From the NCBI GenBank assembly GCA_963778555.1, contig CAVZUR010000003.1:21067-85066 (forward strand): a stretch of DNA of 64,000 nt. The letters are read 5' to 3'. The notes beneath the pieces were generated by a model. It saw only the letters and a program-made list of their open reading frames with translations, had not been told where the DNA came from and ran no database searches. A program made the translations under genes and the position numbers. The stretch is from Candidatus Moraniibacteriota bacterium. Lineage in GTDB: Bacteria > Patescibacteriota > Minisyncoccia > Moranbacterales > UBA1568. This document shows positions 48,222 through 56,766 of this stretch, piece by piece. How positions within the stretch are numbered: position 1 is the stretch's first letter; each line of letters begins with the position of its first letter.

Positions 48222-49605
48222 TTAGCGACGATTAATCTGCTTGTATCGGTTATCGAGCACTGAGATAGCATCGTTCACCGTCCGTTCACCGCGCACCACC
48301 ACATTGATGGCATCGACCAAAAGACTCTCCACTTGCTCCGTATTGCCCGGTTTCCAACTCTTGGCGATGAGATTGCCCGACGCGAAAGATCCAAGCACAA
48401 CATCGCCCTTCTGCGCCTCGATGAGGTCACGCCGTGCCGCCGGCTTCTTCGTCATTTCCAGGTACTTCTTGGCTGGATCGAAGGGAATCGTGGCCTCCAT
48501 CATCTGTCCCGAAAGCGCGTTCGCCAGACTGATCGTCTTACTCGGATGAGGGAGGGTCAGATAGGAGAAAAGCTGCCATGCCTCGTGGACACGAACCTTC
48601 TGATACGTTTCGGCCGAGAGGACCAGTTCCGGCTTAGTTGAATTGGCCACTACCTGCGTCTTGTTCTTGGTCACGGCGTAGCCCCAGTAATTGGCAAAAT
48701 TAACCGGGGGCTGGTCTTTGAACTGCGGGATAGGCGCGACGGCGAAATTCAGTTTGGCATTCTTCTGCTTGATCGTCGGGTAATGGTAGGAATAGTTGAT
48801 CATCATGCCGAGCGTCCCCTCATAGAAGGCGTCGATGGAGATAATGCTGGCGCTGATTCCAGGTATAGAGCGGGAGACCGAGGCGAGAGAAACTTGTGTA
48901 GAACTCGAGTGCCCGATGGTCCGACTGATCATTGAAATTGGCATCAGTAATCGTCCCACCGTACTGCATGATGAGGTTGAGGAGAATATCTGAAGAGCGG
49001 TTCACGTTATCTCCCGCGCCAAGTGCGACGGCCGCCTGATTGATATTGCCAAATTCATCGATCCGTTTGAGGAGTGGCACCATGGCGACAAGCTCCTCCC
49101 ACGTCTTGGGCGGAGCGGCAATGCCGGCCGCATTGAAGATATCGCGGTTGTAATACAGAGCGAGCGAATCCACTGAAAGCGGCACTGCCATGACCCGCTT
49201 GTCTTTATCGACAAAATCATCCGCAACGACATCGACGAACACATCCCGAATGGTCTTTTCGGTCATGATTTCTGGCGGCGCAGCGACGGCCTTGTCAGCA
49301 AAACTGGTGAGCCAGGTATTCTGCATCATGAAGATATCTGGGCCATTGCCCGCAGCCATGGCATTCAGTAGGTCCTCTTTATACGTTTCGGGCGTGACCT
49401 TCCGATACTTGATGTCTTTGACGTGGGAATTCATTTTCTTGTAGTCATTGACGGACTGGTTGAAGGCGTCCGAATCATCAAAAGTACCCCAAACTTCGAG
49501 GGTGAGCTCATAAGGTGTGACGGCCGCCTCGCCGCAGCCCGAAAGCATCAGCAGCGTGGCACTGAGGAGACCGATCGAAAGCAAATGTGAGCGACGTCGA
49601 GGCAT
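48222..49605 (-). CDS. extracellular solute (sugar)-binding lipoprotein (frameshift near 48840)
   Basis: Lipobox LSGC, GPDIF, LALYYNRDIF, PPKTWEEL. The second frame continues SIDAFYEG. Confidence 0.88.
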
Positions 49606-49607
49606 AG

Positions 49608-50159
49608 TTATTTTTTCTTTTCAACAAGAAACGCGTAGTGGAAGCCGCCGACCGATGGCTCTTCGACGATTGCCAGCCCGGCCGCATCAATGAGCACTTT
49701 CATTTCCTTCGGCTTGATCCGAAGTTCGCGCTCCGGTCCAACAATCGCTTCGCTCGGATCCCACTCTACGATGAGCGCTCGGCCCGCCGGTTTCAAGATC
49801 CGCACCACTTCGCGCAAAATGACGGCCTTGTCCTTATTCTGCATGAGCACGTCCTTGACCACGACCCAGTCAACCGACTCGGCGCCCAAGCCCGATCCAT
49901 TTGCCCGTTCCAGATTGCAGCGCTGCGCGACGATATTGGTCAGGCCCATGACTTTCGCGCGGCCCGTAATCGCCTCAAGCGCTGATGGCAGAACATCAAG
50001 CGCATAGACGGTCCCTTCAGGTCCCACGGCCTGGGCAAATTCGAAGGAAAAATAGCCGGAACCGGCGCCGAAGTCCGCGACCGTATCACCAGTGCCGACC
50101 GAGAGCATGCGGATGACGGTCCGTGGTTCGACGAATGTCAGTCCTTTGGGTGCATCCAT
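49608..50159 (-). CDS. class I SAM-dependent methyltransferase
   Basis: VADFGAGSG, VYALDV, RILKPAG. Confidence 0.9.
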   Translation of the reverse strand: MDAPKGLTFVEPRTVIRMLSVGTGDTVADFGAGSGYFSFEFAQAVGPEGTVYALDVLPSALEAITGRAKVMGLTNIVAQRCNLERANGSGLGAESVDWVVVKDVLMQNKDKAVILREVVRILKPAGRALIVEWDPSEAIVGPERELRIKPKEMKVLIDAAGLAIVEEPSVGGFHYAFLVEKKK

Positions 50160-50271
50160 GGAGTTTTGTTTACTGTTTAATTGTACAATGAAGCAGGCGA
50201 GTCTCCAACGGGGAGCAGGTAGAACCAGTTGCCCCAAGCGCATTCTTTCGCTACACTGTGCTCGTCACAAA

Positions 50272-50344
50272 GGAAAGGTGGCTGAGTGGGCACCCTGCGA
50301 GGGAGCGAGCATGGAGTGGGTTTCGATGGAAACCCCGAAAGCAC
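50272..50344 (+). pseudogene. 5' fragment of a tRNA-Ser with a hairpin insertion in the D-loop
   Basis: GGAAAGGTGGCTGAGTGG (17/18 identical to the intact tRNA 5' end), a ~45-nt double hairpin, then CCGAAAGCAC, which completes the GCT/AGC D-stem; follows promoter TTGCCC-17-TACACT. Confidence 0.6.
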
Positions 50345-50384
50345 AAGGATAACAGTTTTTGAGACAGTCTAATCTGACAAACAC

Positions 50385-50471
50385 GGAAAGGTGGCCGAGT
50401 GGTTTAAGGTACTTGCTTGGAAAGCAAGCGTACGAGCAATCGTACCGGGGGTTCGAATCCCCCCCTTTCCG
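50385..50471 (+). tRNA. tRNA-Ser(GGA)
   Basis: Acceptor GGAAAGG/CCTTTCC, anticodon arm CTTGC-TT GGA AA-GCAAG, long variable arm, GTTCGAATC. Confidence 0.95.
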
Positions 50472-50528
50472 CCCTAACAAATTTTCGGGCCTATCGGCTC
50501 GGGAATTTTTTTTGAGGGATGAAAGGAA

Positions 50529-50664
50529 GGAAGCCAACCGCTTGGCTTCCGTGGGGGTTCGAAAGGCGGAGCGTTGCCGAATGAACACATGAGGCCGCGA
50601 GCCAGGGTCGGGGAAATTGGTGAGCGACGGCGAGCCCATTATCCCTGACCGAATCACCCCTCAC
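50529..50664 (+). repeat. tRNA-associated structured repeat module, copy 2 (degenerate copy 3 at ~50692-50772)
   Basis: GGAAGCCAA-CCGC-TTGGCTTCC, TCGAAAGGCGGAG, CGAGCCAGGGTCG, TGACCGAATC. Confidence 0.75.
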
Positions 50665-50813
50665 TTGTATTTTTTTGGCTGAGGGGTAAGGGTGGGGATG
50701 AGAAAGCCGGACCGACCCGTCAGTAGACGGCGAGGGAGGTAGGGTCGCGACCCCGGGCGAGGGTTTTGACCTGAACGACCATGGGTTGTGACTGATCTTT
50801 TTTCTCCACTAAC

Positions 50814-50838
50814 AAAAACCCCGCCTACGCGGGGCTTT
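50814..50838. terminator. terminator between the tRNA-Ser locus and the convergent gene
   Basis: AAAAACCCCGC-CTAC-GCGGGGCTTT. Confidence 0.65.
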
Positions 50839-50854
50839 ATCGATGTAATCCTGC

Positions 50855-51517
50855 TTACTGCTGCCCTGGCAGCCCTGGAATGGTCACTCCGGCGGGCAAC
50901 TTATCCTTGATTCCCTCCATCATCTTCGCTGATTGCTCTATCAAAGCGCACTGATCAGTAAAGGTGATATCCTTCGGCACCGTGAAGTCCGCGCCAGTGG
51001 CGGGCTGACACTTCACGTTCTTGGCCGCATCGAAGGCCTTCTCCATATCTTGCGGCTCAGTCGAGGCGGGGGTACCAGCCGGCGATGTCTTGTCCTGTAC
51101 GCTCTGCTGCAGCTTGTCGAGGCAAGTCTTGGTGAGCTTCATACCCGTCTTCGATGCGCTCGTCCATGAATACTGATTCTCGCCATCTGAAAGCGCATAC
51201 ACGGTCATGTCACCCACATTCGTCGTCGATTTGAACTTGTCACCATCAACGAACACGGTCGACTCGACAGTCGATCCCCCTTCGCTCATCGCATAGGTAC
51301 ACTGCATTTTCTGCCCCAATCCCATTGCGTCCTTGATCGAAGCGACCATTCCCTTTTCTTCTCCGCTTGCCCCCTTCAATTCATTTACTTCTGTCTTCAA
51401 CCGCTCTGTCGACGTCCCAGTTTCCGCTTGTTCTCCCTCGCTGCCTCTTTTCGTCCAAAAAAACAACCCGACAATAATGACGAGTACCAGCACCACGACA
51501 CCGATGATCTTTCCCAT
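50855..51517 (-). CDS. hypothetical membrane-anchored secreted protein
   Basis: N-terminal TM; four Cys; P.DITF.D tail. Confidence 0.85.
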   Translation of the reverse strand: MGKIIGVVVLVLVIIVGLFFWTKRGSEGEQAETGTSTERLKTEVNELKGASGEEKGMVASIKDAMGLGQKMQCTYAMSEGGSTVESTVFVDGDKFKSTTNVGDMTVYALSDGENQYSWTSASKTGMKLTKTCLDKLQQSVQDKTSPAGTPASTEPQDMEKAFDAAKNVKCQPATGADFTVPKDITFTDQCALIEQSAKMMEGIKDKLPAGVTIPGLPGQQ

Positions 51518-51540
51518 ACATGTACGTTAATTGCCTCCAG

Positions 51541-51576
51541 TATACCACCCCACCAATGTATTGGTGGGGTGGTATA
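51541..51576. repeat. perfect 17-bp inverted repeat in a divergent promoter region
   Basis: TATACCACCCCACCAAT-GT-ATTGGTGGGGTGGTATA; left arm overlaps TGGTATACT on the - strand. Confidence 0.8.
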
Positions 51577-51718
51577 GCACCAGACTTCGATCCCGTTCTG
51601 CGGACGTCCGCCAGCTGCCCCCGGGACTGTCACCAAAACTAGGCTTGTTTCGGCGACAAGGGTGCAGTCGTTCGGTTTACAGTCGTTGGGTTTCCTGCTA
51701 GGCTCTCTCTACAGGCCT

Positions 51719-52234
51719 ATGCTCGCGCGACTTCTCGAACCGACCGTTCTTCTCGCCTGTCTAGGCGTTTTTTTCCTTTTACTGAGCGTTCTTTTCATCC
51801 TGACCGCCATTTTGTACCGGAAGCTCCGGCACCAAGAGGCCAAGCTCGCCGTGTTCTTCTCAGGGAAAGAGGCGAAAGACCTCGAAACACTCCTGGTGGA
51901 AGAGAAGGAGCTCATCGCTTCTGTCGACAGCGATGTCCAAGAGCTCTTCGAAATTTCCAACGAGATCCACCAGCTCGGAAACAGAAGCCTGCACAAGTGT
52001 TCTGTCATGCGCTTCAATCCTTTCAAGGAAACCGGCGGGAACCAGAGTTTTGCGGTCGCGCTCCTTGATGGAAAGGACAACGGCATCGTCCTTTCCTCGC
52101 TCCACACGCGCGAAGGCACTCGGGTCTTCGCCAAACCGGTGAAGCGCGGCGATTCCGACGGCTACCCGTTCACGGAAGAAGAGAAGGCTGTCATCCGCGA
52201 AGCCGCGCAGAGTGCGCAGGAAAAGAAAGTCTGA
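51719..52234 (+). CDS. DUF4446 family protein
   Basis: TM, then RFNPFKETGGNQSFAVALLD...SSLHTREGTRVFAKP...TEEE. Confidence 0.85.
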   Translation: MLARLLEPTVLLACLGVFFLLLSVLFILTAILYRKLRHQEAKLAVFFSGKEAKDLETLLVEEKELIASVDSDVQELFEISNEIHQLGNRSLHKCSVMRFNPFKETGGNQSFAVALLDGKDNGIVLSSLHTREGTRVFAKPVKRGDSDGYPFTEEEKAVIREAAQSAQEKKV

Positions 52235-52286
52235 TCACTCACCCCGCTTTTCATCATCACGTAAACCGCTTCCTCTCCAATCAACC

Positions 52287-54050
52287 ATGGATACTCCCGA
52301 ACCCGTAAAATCCGTTGCGCTGCCGGAAACCATGACGGTCAAGAAATTGGCTGAGCTTTTGCATGTACCGGTATCAAACGTCATCATGGAGCTCATGAAG
52401 AACAAGATCATCGCGACGATCAATGAAGAGATCGACTTCGATACGGCTTCAATCATCGCGAATGACCTCGGTTTCCAGACAACCGCCGATACGACAGAAA
52501 AAGCCGGTTCGCTCACGCTCATCGATCTCGCGAATATCGTCGCCCACGAAAAAACCGAAGCGGATCGCCGGCTCGTATCGCGCCCGCCGATCGTCACCAT
52601 CCTCGGTCATGTCGACCACGGCAAGACGACCCTGCTCGACACGATCCGCAAGACGAATGTCGCCGCAGGTGAAGCTGGCGGCATCACCCAGAAGATCAGC
52701 GCGTACCAGGTGAAGAAGCACGGGGAGCTCATCACCTTCATCGATACGCCCGGCCATGAGGCATTCTCCGGCATGCGCGAGCGCGGCGTGTCCATCGCCG
52801 ATATCGCCATCCTCGTCGTCGCAGCTGATGACGGGGTGCGCCCGCAGACCAAAGAAGTCATCCAATTCATCAAGGAAAAGAAGCTGCCGGTCATCGTCGC
52901 GATCAACAAGATCGACAAGCCGGACGCCAAGGCCGATCGCGTCAAGCAGGAACTCGCCGAGAACGGCATCCTCTTCGAAGGTTGGGGCGGTGACGTCATG
53001 TGCGTCGAAGTGAGCGCCAAGAGCAATATCAATATCGACAAGCTCCTCGACGCGATTCTCCTCGTTGCAGAAGTCGAAGAATTCGCGGCTGATGAAAAGC
53101 GCGATGGTCTCGCCGTTATTCTCGAATCCCACCTCGATCCGCAGAAGGGCCCCGTAGCGACTGTTCTCGTAAAAACCGGGACGCTCAAAATCGGCCAGGA
53201 TATCATCGCGGGGTCTGCGTTCGGCCGGGTCCGTCGGCTGGAAGACTTCACCGGCAAGAACCGCGAATCCGCCGGTCCATCCGTCCCCGCCATCCTCTAC
53301 GGTTTCAGCGATGTCCCGCAAGTAAATGATGTAATCCAGGTCGTCTCCGGAAAGTCCCTCGCGCGGATGAAGTCGCAGGAGGCCCTCCTCAAAGAAGGCG
53401 AGGTGAAGAAAGTGATCCGCAAAGAGGACGAGAATGTGAAGCGTTTCCCTATCCTTCTCAAGGCCGATGTCCAGGGATCGCTCGAGGCACTCCAGCAAAT
53501 CCTTGGCGCTATCGTCCATCCTGAAGTTGCGCTTGACGAGATTGCCGCCGGAGTCGGCAGCATCACGGAATCGGATGTGCGTTTGGCGGCTTCGAGCCAT
53601 GCCAAGATTTTCGGTTTCAATGTCGAGCCAACATCGGTCGCCAAACGGATCGCGGAGACGGCAGGTGTGAGTATCCAAAGTTTCAATATCATCTATAAGC
53701 TCGTTGAAACTGCCAAGGCCGATCTCGCCGCGCTCCTCCCGCCAGAAATCATCCGAACCGACTTCGGACAATTGTCCATTCTTGCGATTTTCAAGAGCGG
53801 CAAGCGCGATATGATCATCGGCGGCCGCGTTTCAGAGGGTAAAATCGTCCGTGGTTCGCTCTTGGAAGTGAAGCGCGACGGCGAAGTCATCGGCTCTGGA
53901 AAAATGGGCAATCTCCAGCGGAACAAAGAAAATGCTGATGAAGTCGGCCAGGGCAATGAATGCGGCCTCGTCTTCGATGGAGCCGTGAAACTCCAGGTTG
54001 GCGACACGCTCCTCGCCTACCAAGTTGAAGAGAAACGACGGACGCTCTAG
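52287..54050 (+). CDS. infB: translation initiation factor IF-2 (short form)
   Basis: RPPIVTILGHVDHGKTTLLD, EAGGITQ, DTPGHEAF, NKID, KADVQGS. Confidence 0.98.
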   Translation: MDTPEPVKSVALPETMTVKKLAELLHVPVSNVIMELMKNKIIATINEEIDFDTASIIANDLGFQTTADTTEKAGSLTLIDLANIVAHEKTEADRRLVSRPPIVTILGHVDHGKTTLLDTIRKTNVAAGEAGGITQKISAYQVKKHGELITFIDTPGHEAFSGMRERGVSIADIAILVVAADDGVRPQTKEVIQFIKEKKLPVIVAINKIDKPDAKADRVKQELAENGILFEGWGGDVMCVEVSAKSNINIDKLLDAILLVAEVEEFAADEKRDGLAVILESHLDPQKGPVATVLVKTGTLKIGQDIIAGSAFGRVRRLEDFTGKNRESAGPSVPAILYGFSDVPQVNDVIQVVSGKSLARMKSQEALLKEGEVKKVIRKEDENVKRFPILLKADVQGSLEALQQILGAIVHPEVALDEIAAGVGSITESDVRLAASSHAKIFGFNVEPTSVAKRIAETAGVSIQSFNIIYKLVETAKADLAALLPPEIIRTDFGQLSILAIFKSGKRDMIIGGRVSEGKIVRGSLLEVKRDGEVIGSGKMGNLQRNKENADEVGQGNECGLVFDGAVKLQVGDTLLAYQVEEKRRTL

Positions 54051-54072
54051 CACAGAGAGTTACCGGAAACCA

Positions 54073-54099
54073 TCGGCCGCGCAGGCCGATTTTGTTTTT
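54073..54099 (+). terminator. infB terminator
   Basis: ATCGGCC-GCGCA-GGCCGAT-TTTGTTTTT. Confidence 0.7.
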
Positions 54100-54180
54100 C
54101 CCGCGGGCGATTATTGACGGCTGCGACGCGCCCACTTATACTCAGTGGTTGACCAAAGCCGCGTGTTAGACTGGAAATAT

Positions 54181-55682
54181 ATGCATACGACGCTTCCGGA
54201 GCCTATCTTTGAAACGCTCACCGCCTTGGAGCAGGCCGGTTTCAAAGCATACATCGTGGGCGGATCGCTCCGCGACCTCCTTCTCGGACGGCCACCCAAA
54301 GACTGGGACCTCACGACTGACGCGCAGCCTGGAGCGGTCCAAAAGCTCTTTCCCGATTCGGTATACGAAAATACCTTTGGCACGGTCGGCGTGAAAGTCG
54401 CCCGTTTTCTCCCTTCGACTCCAGACACACATGAGCACGACATTATCGAAGTGACGACCTTTCGGACTGAGCGTACGTATAGCGATGGACGGCATCCCGA
54501 TACCGTCGCATTCGTCACCACCGTCGAAGCAGACCTCGCGCGACGTGACTTCACTGTGAATGCGATGGCGGGGCAAGTCACTGGAACGGCTGGCTCAGTC
54601 AATATTGAAATTATCGATCCTTTTGGAGGTCAGAGCGATATTCAGAAAAAACGCTCCGCGCCGTCGGTAAACCCGAGGAACGCTTCACAGAAGATGGACT
54701 GCGTCTCATGCGCGCACTTCGACTGGTCGTGGAACTGAGCACGGCCGAAAAGGAGCGGCCGGACTGGTCCATCGAAGCGGAGACGGCGGCGGCGCTTCAA
54801 GCGTGCTCGAACCGGCTGCAGTCAGTCGCTTTCGAACGGATTCGGGATGAATTTTCACGTATCATTCTTTCACCGTATCCGAGCCAAGGTGTAACGCTTC
54901 TCTTGGAAACTGGACTCCTCCAATACATCATTCCTGAGCTCGTCGAGGGCGTCGGCGTCACACAGAACCTCCACCATATCTATACCGTCTGGGAGCACAA
55001 TCTTCGCGCGCTCGCGACATGTCCGTCTCAGAAGCTATCCGTCCGTTTGGCGACGCTCCTCCATGACGTCGGCAAACCGAGGACGAAGCGTGGCGAAGGC
55101 CATAACTCGACGTTCTATAATCACGACCATGTCGGTGCACGCATGACGAAGAAGATCCTCGAGCGCCTACGCTACCCGAAAAAAATCGTTGACCATGCTG
55201 CCATGCTCGTCGATAACCACCTCTTCTACTACAATGTCGGCGAAGTGACAGAAGCCTCGGTCCGGCGACTCATCAAACGCGTGGGTTTGGAAAATATGGA
55301 TGATCTCATGGCTGTGAGAATCGGCGATCGCCTCGGTTCCGGTGTTCCGAAAGCGAAACCCTATAAGCTCCGGCATCTCGAATACATGGTCGACAAAGTC
55401 TCACAGGATCCAACCTCCGTAAAAATGCTCAAGATTAACGGGTCCCAACTCATGGAAAAACTCGGTATCGTGCCCGGACCGAAGATCGGCGCGTTGCTCG
55501 ACTGCCTCCTCGCAGAAGTGATCGATAATCCGACCTTGAATACCGAATCGACACTTCTTGACCGGGCCCGACAACTCATGGATAATGACCTCGATGCGCT
55601 CCGCAGTTTGGCTCAGGAGCGCATCAATACGGAGCGTTCTGCTCTCGATACAGCCATACGCGGCCGGCATCACGTCACCTGA
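54181..55682 (+). CDS. cca: CCA-adding enzyme/poly(A) polymerase family with HD domain (frameshift in the A-run near 54650)
   Basis: YIVGGSLRD, DWDLTT, EVTTFR, DLARRDFTVNAMA; then RF.EDGLRLMRALR, ERIRDE, LLHDVGK. Confidence 0.92.
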
Positions 55683-55771
55683 CGATTGAATTTCACCCGC
55701 TTTCAGAGGGTATAGAGGGTACCGGTCCGCTGACTGACAGCGTTTCTCTCTGTCACATTTCCGGGGCATAA

Positions 55772-55849
55772 CCCCGTGAGAAACTGACTCCGTGAGAAAA
55801 TTATCAGAGGATTAACAGCGCGAGAATTGTGAGATTTTTTCTAACGGGG
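55772..55849. mobile_element. MITE-like element, copy 4, overlapping the 5' end of tRNA-Pro(CGG)
   Basis: CCCCGTGAGAAA (tandem second copy CTCCGTGAGAAA)...TTTCTAACGGGG; CGGGGCATA occurs at both 55762-55770 and 55845-55853. Confidence 0.65.
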
Positions 55850-55915
55850 CATAGTATAGTGGTAGTACATGCGCTTCGGGTGCGTAAGGTCTGGGTTCGA
55901 TTCCCGGTGCCCCGA
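55845..55915 (+). tRNA. tRNA-Pro(CGG), CCA not encoded
   Basis: Acceptor CGGGGCA/TGCCCCG, anticodon arm TGCGC-TT CGG GT-GCGTA, GGTTCGATTCC. Confidence 0.92.
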
Positions 55916-55995
55916 CTACCAATCATGTGATGGGGGAAGAATCTGCTGATCATCGCAAAAACCAGCGCTGCTAATTTGAAAGTTTGTTTTTTGTC

Positions 55996-56307
55996 ATGCG
56001 ACTCCTCATTAGAAATCCCGCTGATAATCCGGTCACCCTCTTTCGGCGGGCGGGTTACGGCTTCCAACGAGAGGATGGGAAGGAGATGAGCTTCGTTCGT
56101 CCCTTGGCTCGAGCCGGCTACCCGCGCTTCCACTGTTACACGCAGTCTCATCCTGAGGGCATCGAATGCAATCTCCATCTCGATCAGAAACGGGAGACCT
56201 ATGGACGTGTCACGCGCCATCATGGCGAGTACACTGAAGAGGGGGCACTGGCTGCGGAAATTGAGCGCATCGAATCCCTCATCGGAACGCTGACACGTAT
56301 TGCTTGA
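55996..56307 (+). CDS. hypothetical protein
   Basis: RRAGY, SFVRPL, YPRFH, NLHLDQK, HHGEY, EIERI; conserved-looking small protein. Confidence 0.8.
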   Translation: MRLLIRNPADNPVTLFRRAGYGFQREDGKEMSFVRPLARAGYPRFHCYTQSHPEGIECNLHLDQKRETYGRVTRHHGEYTEEGALAAEIERIESLIGTLTRIA

Positions 56308-56443
56308 ATCCCCCAAGAAGCATCTCCTGGGGATGAGGAATGCGGCCCATCTGGAAATGCCGAAGCGACAGAATGGTCGTGTTGCCCCATTACTCATTTA
56401 CAAAAAGATACTGTAGCCCTGCTGTGGTGGTGGAATGGTAGAC

Positions 56444-56564
56444 CTGCCCGCAGTGCCAGATGCCGAAGTGGTGGAATGGTAGACACACCAGCCTTAGGAG
56501 CTGGGGCCCGCAAGGGCGTGAGAGTTCGAATCTCTCCTTCGGCACCATACAATGGCAGGCGGGC
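56444..56564 (+). mobile_element. hairpin-flanked insert CTGCCCG...GGCAGGCGGG carrying an intact tRNA
   Basis: Flanks GCCCGC.. TGCCA / TGGCA.GCGGGC are complementary; same termini as the 21-nt insert at 5094-5114. Confidence 0.7.
56462..56547 (+). tRNA. inner tRNA-Leu(TAG), intact with CCA
   Basis: GCCGAAG/CTTCGGC-ACCA; CCAGC-CT TAG GA-GCTGG; variable arm GCCC-GCAA-GGGC; GAGAG-TTCGAAT-CTCTC. Confidence 0.95.
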
Positions 56565-56766
56565 ACGCCTAAGCCTTAGGAGCTAGTGCTCATACGAGCA
56601 TGAGAGTTCGAATCTCTCCCACAGCACCAGAAAGGTAAGTGATACAGCAAGCCAACCTGAGAAGCAGGGACCAGCAAGGACCGTAAGGGTTCGGATGCCT
56701 CCTTTGACGTCAAAAAGAAGAGAACTTCCATTTTTTTGGGAAGCTCTCTATCTTTGGAAAGAGGTC

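Larger units (their letters stand above)
56421..56629 (+). pseudogene. outer tRNA-Leu(TAG) split in the D-arm by a ~120-bp insert (halves 56421-56443 and 56565-56629)
   Basis: Acceptor GCTGTGG/CCACAGC-ACCA pairs perfectly across the insert; anticodon loop CTTAGGA; variable arm TGCTC-ATAC-GAGCA; two extra nt in the 5' anticodon stem. Confidence 0.85.

Noticed and set aside
56444-56564. Group I intron in tRNA-Leu
   Set aside because: Too short, located in the D-arm rather than the anticodon loop, no P/Q/R/S core, and the interior is a tRNA.
56630-56705. Further tRNA-like or SRP-like RNA after the Leu locus
   Set aside because: Only short hairpins and a weak GGTTCGGAT match; no cloverleaf or SRP motif could be built.
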